64,000 nucleotides of DNA from an uncultured Planctomycetota bacterium (GTDB taxonomy: Bacteria > Planctomycetota > Planctomycetia > Gemmatales > Gemmataceae): positions 480,001 to 544,000 of the forward strand of contig CAWKHF010000005.1 in NCBI GenBank assembly GCA_963849325.1, given 5' to 3'. Within the stretch, counting starts at the first letter, position 1. Each line of letters opens with the position of its first letter. A model generated the notes under the pieces. That model ran no database searches. It was not told the origin of the DNA and saw nothing but the letters and a program-made list of their open reading frames with translations. Both the position numbers and the translations under genes were made by a program. This document shows positions 56,358 through 64,000 of this stretch, piece by piece.

Positions 56358-58587
56358 TTACGGTTTCATCTCGGCCAGGTAACGCTCGACGCCGTAGCTG
56401 TCGGTGGTCTCGCCGAGGACGACGGCGCCCAGCATGGGGATGTCCAGCGACGCCAGACGCCGCTGCGCCTCGTAGACGGCCGGCAGACGGCTGAAGTTGC
56501 GCAGCACAGCCAGCACCACCGCGTCGGCGTGCTGGCCGAGCAGCAGCGCGTCGGCCACCGGCAGCACCGGGCAGACGTCGAGGATGATGAAGTCGTACTC
56601 GGCCCGGAGACGTTCGAGAATCGTCTTCACACCGTCCTGCGCCAGCGCCTGGATGGCCCGGCGGTCGCAGCGGCCGGCGGTCAGGATCGACAGTCCCTCG
56701 ACCGGGTGGCCCGCACGAGTCTGCTCGACCGTCGCCTCGCCGCGCAGAGCTTCGGCGAGGCCCGGCTGCACCGGCAGGCCGAAGCGGCGATGGACGGCTG
56801 GATTGCGCAGATCGCCGTCGATCAGCAGCGTCTTGTGCGCGCCGCGGGCCAGGCTGGCGGCGAGGTGGCTGGCCAGCGACGTCTTGCCCTCCCCGGCGAC
56901 GGCGCTGGCCACCATCACCACTTGTCGTCGCCTCGTGGCGAGCGGCGTGCAGCAGCCGAGTGCGAACGCCGTCCACCGCCTCCGTCAACCGGGTCTGCTC
57001 GACCGTCGTCCCGCCGCGCCGCCGGCCGGCACCAGGTAGCAAGCGTGTTCCGGCGCGTCCGGCAGCGTGCCCAGCAGGTTCAGGCCCAGGCCGCGCGCCA
57101 CGTCCTCCGAGGTGTAAACGCGGCGATTGCGGAACTCCAGCAGGCCGACACCGAGGAACACCAGACCGAACAGACCCAGGCCGGCGGCCCCGGCGACCTT
57201 GAACTGGCGGTCGCGCTTGCGGGCGGGCGGCGGCTTGGCCGGCTCCAGCTGCGTCACCCGCGACGTGGCCGGCAGCTCGGCTTGCAGGTTGCCCAGCTCC
57301 TCGCCGACCTTCTTGACCACCAGCTCCATCTGCGCCACCTCGTCGCGCAGCGCCTCGACGCCGGAGGTGGTTTTCTCCAGCGGCCGGCCCACGCCGCGCA
57401 GCGACGACACCAGGCTCTCCAGCCGCTTGACCTCGCCGTCCAGCGAACGCTCCTGTTCCTTGACGGACTGCAAGGTCCGCTCCAGCTTGACGATGTTGTC
57501 CCTGCGCCTCGGCCACCTGCTTGCGAACGCAGCCGGGCCACGACCGCCTCCTGCACCGATTTCTGATAATCGCCCATCGCCTTCAGCAAGATGGTGCGTT
57601 CCTTCTCGTAGCCCGTCGAGTCGCGGCTCTTGGAGCCGGCGGGGACCAGGCGGCGAATTTTTTGCATCTGCGCCTCGATCTCGGTCAGCCGATCGAAGTG
57701 CTTTTTCATCACGCCGTCCAGTTTCAGCTCCTCGATGACGGCGAAATCGGAGATGGCGATGCTCTCGGGATCGTGCGACGAGCTCGCGCAGGCCGGCCAG
57801 CTCGATCTCGGTGTCCTTGCGCTTGCAGTTGCACCTGCACGCGCTGGCGTCTGCACGGCGGCCAACTGCTGCATGGTCGTCGCCTGCCGCAGCCGCACCG
57901 TCTCCGGGTCGTCCAGGCCGAACTCCTCCTCGCGGGCCAGCAGCGTCTGCCGCCGCTCGCGCAGCTTCTCGGCACATTCGCGGTAGTTCTCCTGCAACTG
58001 CTTGATGCGGGCGACGATCTTGGCCTCTTCCTTGCTGGCACATTCTTTCATGTAAACACGTACCAGTTCGTTGAGGAGGACGGCCACGTCCTCGGCGCGG
58101 TCGCCGTTGAGCGAGACGCGGAGGATCTCCGGGACCGAGCAGCGTATCGGTGACGAGCGCCTTGCATCAGCCATTGCGGTCGGGTCGGACTGGGCGCGAA
58201 CCTCGGCGAGATCGGCGACGTTGGGCCGTTCCAGCGTGCCCTGGACGACGGCGTAGCTCTTGACCAGAGCCGCCTGGGTGCGCTGGTAGGTGAGCAGGTT
58301 GTCCTCGCCTTCCGCCGTTGCGGCTGGCCCGCGGCGCCAGCTGCAGGAGCGTCTGGGCCGTGTACTGCGCGGGCATCACGAACCAGGCGATGCCGCCGCC
58401 GAGCAGTCCGGCCAGCACGGCCAGGCCGAGGGCCAGCACCCAGCGGCGGCGCACGGCGTGCCACAGCGATTCGAGGCTGGGCGGCGCGGACAGACCCGGA
58501 GGGCCGGCCGCTGTCGCCGCGGGAGTGGGCGCGACGCTCGCCTCGGACGGACGGTTCGGCGAAGGAGCTTCGAGCGAGCGATGCCAT
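56358..58587 (-). CDS. wzc: Polysaccharide co-polymerase / BY-kinase, Wzc-like (multiple frameshifts)
   Basis: TM (RRRWVLALGLAVLAGLLG), coiled coil, second TM, AGEGKTS, LIDGDLR, IILDVCPVLPVADAL. Confidence 0.87.
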
Positions 58588-58649
58588 GATGATCTCCTTT
58601 TGGGTGATACCGAGCCGCGACCGTTACGGAGCGGAGATTTCCCGCTCGC

Positions 58650-59535
58650 CTAAGCGGTCGCGGCTGCCACGAACAGCCGGCCGAGCAGGTAAAGTTCGAG
58701 TCCCAGGGCGGCGAGGGCGAGCGGCATCATCAGCCAGCCGGCCAGGTCGTGAAAGAACGCCTGCGCCGCCGGAGCGCCGACCACCGCGTACACCAGGCCG
58801 GTCGCCGTCACGCGGACCAGGTTCATCAGCACGCCGATGGGGATGGCGCTGAGGAAGACGACGACGCGATCCGCCAGCGGCCGCTCGAATCACCAGGGCG
58901 ACGGTGGTGGAGATGGCGAAGAAGGCCGACAACATGCCCAGGCCGTTGCACGCCTCCAGAACGCCGATGCTCAGATCGTCGATGAGGATGATGTTGCCTT
59001 CCGAGACGGCGGGCAGGCCGAGCGTTTGCAGGGCGAAGGTGCTGACCACGGTGCCCAGTCGCTGCAAGCGGCGCCGACAGGGTGCCCTCGATCTGGTAGG
59101 GCAGCGGCAGCATGAAGAACAGCACGCCGATGGCCGGTCCCATCTGCCGGCACAGCGGCCAACCGCCGATGAGCAGGGCCAGTCCCAGCAGCACCGGCAG
59201 CAGCGACAGGCCATCGAACCAGTCGAGATAGTAGTAGCGCGCCGACCAACCGCAGCACCGCGCCGGCCGAGAGGACCGGCAGCCCCCACCAACTCGGCTG
59301 CGCTGTCGTCACGGGGTACGACCGGCGGCGCACCCACCACACGACCAGCGCCAGCACCGGCACGACGTAGCCGTGCGAGTAGCGGGAATCGTGCGCCCAG
59401 CGCTGCGACAGGCCGGCCAACGCCGGCCAGTACGCCCAGCCCAGGACCGGCAGCGCGACGGCCAGCGACACGTGCCAGCCGCGGGCGGCTGGCGTCCGGT
59501 CCGGCGGTCGGCGAGTTGGCGGTCGGTCGGGTCAT
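58650..59535 (-). CDS. xrt: Exosortase (EpsH/Xrt family; frameshifted)
   Basis: YSHGYVVP, EGNII, VLEACNGL (catalytic Cys), NLVRV (Arg), FFHDLAG (His). Confidence 0.92.
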
Positions 59536-59646
59536 GGTTTGCGAGCCGGCTCCCTCGGTGCGCGTTCGATCCGTGCTTCCCAGGCGGAGTGTGGTACAAG
59601 GGGATGTGGTTGCCTGAATGGGGGAGAGGCAAGCCGGCCGGCCTAA

Positions 59647-59663
59647 AGCAAGTAGCATACCAG
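59647..59663 (-). promoter_or_regulatory. Putative sigma54 promoter for the exosortase operon
   Basis: CTGGTATGCTACTTGCT = GG-N10-GC, ~110 nt upstream of the ATG at 59535. Confidence 0.7.
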
Positions 59664-59970
59664 ACATTCACAGGCAAACTTATTGTCTCATGAGAATACG
59701 TTGTTGTCTCAATCTCCCCCGTCGTGGCCCGCGGCGTGAGCGAGGGACCATCTCCCTCGCTCATGCCGCGGAACCCGACGGCCATTCCTGCCGGACCCTA
59801 ATGCCGGAGTGGCGAAGGCGTACAAGCGACTGTTTCGAGCGGTTTACACGGTTTACGCTCCGCGTTTACGCCGGAAACCTCGACAATCCGCCGAGGCGCT
59901 CATAGGGTAATCTTGACCGGCGCTGTGTGGGACGCCGGCCGATGCCTCCCCGTTGGGAAAGTGTACTGCC

Positions 59971-61017
59971 GTGACTCTGCCTCCGCTGAGCGTCCCTCCG
60001 CTGGACCCGACGCCGATCTTCGATCACTTCCGCGGCCACTACGGCTCCGAGCTGCTGACCGCCGCCGTCGCTCATTTCCGGGTCTTCGAGCACCTGGCGA
60101 AAGGGCCGCGTTCCTTCGACGCGCTGCGCGGCGACCTCGGCCTGGCGGAGCGTCCCGCCATCGTGCTGTGACGGCGCTGCGGGCGATGGGACTGCTGGCC
60201 GCGGACGCCTCGGGCCGGCTGGAATTGACGGCCGCTGAGCCGCGAGTTCCTCGTCGGCCCGCCGTTCGACATCAGCGGCTACGTCGGCCTGAACGCGGAC
60301 AGTCCCGGCGTGCTGGGCATGGTCGAGCGCCTGCGGACGAACCGGCCGGCCGGCATGAAGCCGGAAGAGGCCGGCGCCGCCTTCATCTACCGCGAGGGCG
60401 TCGCCTCGGCGATGGAGAAGGAGGCGGAGGCGCGGCGGCTGACCCTGGCGCTGGCCGGCCGCGCGCGCAACGTCGCGCCGGTGCTGGCCGAGCGCCTGCC
60501 GCTGGCCGAGGCGCGCGTGCTGCTCGACGTCGGCGGCGGCACCGGCCTGTTCAGCATCGCCTGCCTGCGCAAGAACCCCGAGCTGCGCGCCATCGTCTGG
60601 GACCGTCCCGAGGTGCTCAAGGTCGCCGCCGAGATGGCCGCACGTTCACGGCGTCAGCGATCGCCTGGAGTGCCGCCCCGGCGACATGTTCGCCGACGCC
60701 GTGCCCGCCGCGGACGTGGTGCTGCTGTCCAACGTCCTGCACGACTGGGACGTGCCGCAGTGCCAGCGAACTGATCGGCCGCTGCGCCGCCGCCCTGCCC
60801 GTCGGCGGCCGGCTGATCGTCCATGATGTGTTTCTCAACGACGCCCTGGATGGTCCGCTGCCGATCGCGCTGTATTCCGCCGCCCTGTTCTGCATGACCG
60901 AGGGCCGCGCCTACAGCGCCGCCGAGTACCGCGATTGGCTGACCGCCGCCGGGCTGACGACCGCGGACGATCGTCCCGACCCTGGTTCATTGCGGCGCGC
61001 TGCCGGCGGAGAAATGA
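59971..61017 (+). CDS. SAM-dependent O-methyltransferase, Methyltransf_2 with dimerisation domain (frameshifted)
   Basis: LLDVGGGTG, GDMF, LSNVLHDW, EGRAYS. Confidence 0.88.
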
Positions 61018-61022
61018 CCCGT

Positions 61023-61103
61023 TCTCCCCTCTCCCCGCTTCGGGGGAGAGGGGTAGGGGGTGAGGGGGAGAGCCGCCTCCCCCCGCTTCGGGGAGAGGGG
61101 AGA
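61023..61103. repeat. Palindromic box repeat, family C
   Basis: Same hairpin unit twice. Confidence 0.88.
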
Positions 61104-61229
61104 AAGGCCGCGAACTTCTCTCTTTCGCGGACGCTCTTCCTGGCGGATAATCAGGCGATGCCACATCCTTCGAACAAGGCGATCCCAGGCTCGGGATGGG
61201 GGCCGGGTTCGAGGACGGGGACGACGGAC

Positions 61230-63494
61230 ATGAGCGAGGCCGGCACCACCTACGAAGGCTCCCTGCTGCTCACGCTCGAAGAGATCAGCCAGCTGGTCGC
61301 CCACAGCCACAACTCCAGCGAGACGCTGGCCAACATCGTCCGCCTCATCCAGGGCCGCTTCCACACCGCCGTCTGTTCCGTCTACTTCTTCGTGCCCGAG
61401 CGCGGCGAGCTGGTCCTGGGCGCCACGGTCGGACTCCAGGCCGAGGCGATCGGCCGGGTGCGCATGCGCCTGGACGAAGGGTTGACGGGCCTGGTGGCGC
61501 AGAAGATGGCGCCCGTGGCGGTGGCCGACGCCTTCGAGCATCCGCGCTTCAAGTATTTCCCGGAGGCGGGCGAAGACCCGTATCACTCGTTCCTGGGCGT
61601 GCCGCTGGTCGAGGGCGGCACGCTGCAAGGCGTGCTGGTGGTGCAGACGCGCGAGCCGCGGCAGTTCTCGCCCAGCGAAGTGCGCATGCTGGTGACGGTG
61701 GCGGCCCAGCTGGCCGCCCTGGTCGGCGACGCGCTGCTGCTGGAACAGGTGTCCGCCGTCGCCCATCCCCTCGCCGCGCCGACGCCGCCGACCGAGGCCG
61801 CACCGCGACGGCCGTGCTGCAGGGAGCGGCCCTCAGTCCCGGCATCGGCCTGGGCCAGGCTTACGTCGTCGATGCGCATCGAGGAATGGCGGCGCGACGT
61901 GCCGCTACGCAGGCCGCGACCTCGACGCCGAGCGACGCCGCCTCGCCGAGGCGATGGAGCGCGCCCGCGAGGAGATCACCCGCCTCAGCCAGCGCATCTC
62001 CGAGCTGGTCGGCGAGGATCACGGCGCCATCCTGCAAGCGCAGCTGATGATCATGCAGGACCGCACCATCGAGCAGCGATCTCGACGCCTGCCTGGAGCG
62101 GCGGCGCGACCGCCGAGGCCGCCCTGCTGACCACGCTCGACAAGTACGTCGCCGCCTTGCAAAAAGTGGCGACGCCGTTCTTCCACGAGCGCATCTACGA
62201 CATCAAGGATGTCTTTCATCGTATTTTGTGGCAGCTGCGGCCGCGCCAGCCGGCGGACCCGGCCGGCGATCGGCTCGTGCTGGTGGCGCGCGAGGCGTCG
62301 GTGATGGAGCTGTTCGCCGTCGATCTGGACCGGCTGGCGGCGGTGGTCGTCGAGCACGGCGGGCCGCAGAGCCACGCCGCCATCCTGGCCCGCAGCCTGG
62401 GCATCCCGATGGTCGGCCAGGTCGCCGACTTCGCCGCCGCTGCTGCACTCCGGCCGCCGTCTGCTCGTCGATGGCACCGCCGGCACCGTGGTCCTCGATC
62501 CCGCGCCGCTGTGCGTGGTGCCGCCCAGCGGCGTCGGCGCCGATCGGCAGGCGCAGGCCGCCGCCGCGCCGCCGACGCCGGGCCTGCCCGGCGTCGAGGT
62601 CAACATCAATCTGCTCTACGAGGCGCGCTCCGCCGTCGCGCCAGGGGGCCGGCGGCGTCGGCCTGTATCGCAGCGAGTTCCTCTTCCTGGCCCGCCGCAC
62701 GCTGCCGACCGAGGAAGAGCAGGTCGAGCATCTATCGCAAGCTGCTGCAGATGATGGCCGGCCGGCCGGTCACCATCCGCACCTTCGACCTGCGGCCGGA
62801 CAAGCTGGCGGCCTACTCGCACCTCGGCTCGGCGGCGGCCCGGCCGTTCGACTGGCGGCTGGTGCTGGAGTCGCCGCCCTTGCAGCAGCTCTTTCCGCGA
62901 CCAGGTCCGCGCCATCCTCCGCGCCTCGACCGAGGGCCCGGTGCGCATCCTCATCCCGCTGGTGACCAGCAGCGAACTGCTCGATTTCGTGGTGGAGACG
63001 GTGGCGAAGGCGCGCGACGGCCTGACGCGCGAGGGGCTGGCGTTCGCCGCCGACGTGCCGCTGGGCGTGATGATCGAGGTGGCGGCGGCGGCGTCGCTGG
63101 TGCACGTCCTGGGCCGAACAGGTGGCGTTCTTCGCCATCGGCACCAACGACCTGACGGCCTCGGCCCTCGGCCTGGACCGCGACGACCCGCTGATCGCGC
63201 GGCAGGCCGACGCGCTGCATCCGGGCCTGGTGCGGCTGATCCACGACGTCGTCGGCCGACGCCCACGCCGCCGGCCGGCCGGTGTCCGTGTGCGGCGAGG
63301 TGGCCGCCGATCCGCTCGGCGCCCTCGCCCTCGCCGCCCTGGGCGTCGATACGCTCAGCGTGCCCGTCAACCAGTTCGCCGCCACGCGGCAGGCGCTGGC
63401 CGATTGCGACGCGGCGACGCTGCCGGAGCTGAAGCCGGACTTGCTGCGGCAGCGCACCACGACCGCTATCCGGACGCTGCTTCAAAACTGGTGA
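61230..63494 (+). CDS. ptsP: GAF-domain PEP-protein phosphotransferase, EI-Ntr-like (multiple frameshifts)
   Basis: GAF (EGLTGLVA, HPRFKYF, SFLGVPL), GGPQSHAAILARSLGIP, GLYRSEFLFL, MIEV, IGTNDL, VCGE. Confidence 0.85.
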
Positions 63495-63542
63495 AAGGGG
63501 AGAGGAAATATCTATGTTCGGTGGACCATCCAGGAGTTTCTC

Positions 63543-64000
63543 ATGACGTTGCAACGAAGTTCACGTCGCCGGTTTTTGCAGGGTCTCCTCGCGGCCGGCG
63601 GGGCGATGACTCTCTCGGCCCGCACCTGGGCCGCCGCGCCGGGGTCCAACGAGCGCCTGCGCGTCGCCTCGGTCGGCGTCAGCGGCAAGGGCTGGTCGGA
63701 CCACACGTCCGTGGCCGCCAGTCCCAAGGTTGAAATCGTCGCCCTCTGCGACGTGGACGAGGGGGCCGAACATCTCGGCCGCGCCGCCGAGAAGTATCCG
63801 CACGCCCGGCGCTTCGCCGACTGGCGCCGCCTGTTCGAGCAGGCGCACGACTTCGACGCCGTTATCGTGTCCACGCCGGACCACATGCACGCTCCGATCG
63901 CGCTGCCGGCCATGACGCTGGGCAAGCACGTCTTCTGTCAAAAGCCGCTGACGCATACCGTCTTCGAGGCGCGGCAGATGCGGCAAGCGGCCGAGAAATA
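63543..64000 (+). CDS. Tat-exported Gfo/Idh/MocA oxidoreductase (runs off the window end)
   Basis: SRRRFLQ Tat motif; VASVGVSGKG, ALCDVD, STPDHMH, HVFCQKPLTH. Confidence 0.93.
   Translation, partial: MTLQRSSRRRFLQGLLAAGGAMTLSARTWAAAPGSNERLRVASVGVSGKGWSDHTSVAASPKVEIVALCDVDEGAEHLGRAAEKYPHARRFADWRRLFEQAHDFDAVIVSTPDHMHAPIALPAMTLGKHVFCQKPLTHTVFEARQMRQAAEK

Noticed and set aside
59913..63155. 1080-aa ORF suggesting a methyltransferase-PtsP fusion
   Set aside because: It is a mosaic of off-frame and in-frame segments; the methyltransferase ends at TGA 61017 and PtsP has its own ATG at 61230.

Overview
A GC-rich bacterial chromosome window whose gene content points to Planctomycetota (Gemmataceae-like): a Planctomycete-type cytochrome c, a Wza-like protein with PRELAKTTLPPYIIEPPD, a MoxR/BatA cluster and a Tat-exported Gfo/Idh/MocA protein. 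Many genes are split by single-base indels. Even purK is affected, so these look like long-read consensus errors and I reassembled genes across frames; junction positions are approximate. Left to right: small hypothetical genes, a Ser/Thr kinase, a stand-alone ClpN-like protein and an unannotated 42-aa Zn-ribbon microprotein. Then purK-purE, a compositionally distinct two-gene insert of Zn-ribbon/TM proteins, and two GT2 genes. Next is a ~15 kb operon of MoxR, DUF58, BatA/vWA, vWA/GATase-like, coiled-coil and prenyltransferase-repeat genes, followed by a PIG-L deacetylase, an acyl-CoA carboxyltransferase and a Wza-like gene with two small secreted proteins. A ~25 kb minus-strand exosortase/PEP-CTERM/exopolysaccharide locus follows (exosortase, Wzc, EpsI, O-antigen ligase/polymerase, Wzm/Wzt, seven GT2/GT4 genes, a priming transferase, a GT-C, a Gly/Gln/His-rich PEP-CTERM substrate and a large TPR protein) with three sigma54-type promoters. 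The window ends with an O-methyltransferase, a degenerate PtsP and an oxidoreductase. Intergenic DNA is rich in several palindromic repeat families, one copy of which lies in frame inside a gene. No rRNA, tRNA, CRISPR array or transposase was recognised.
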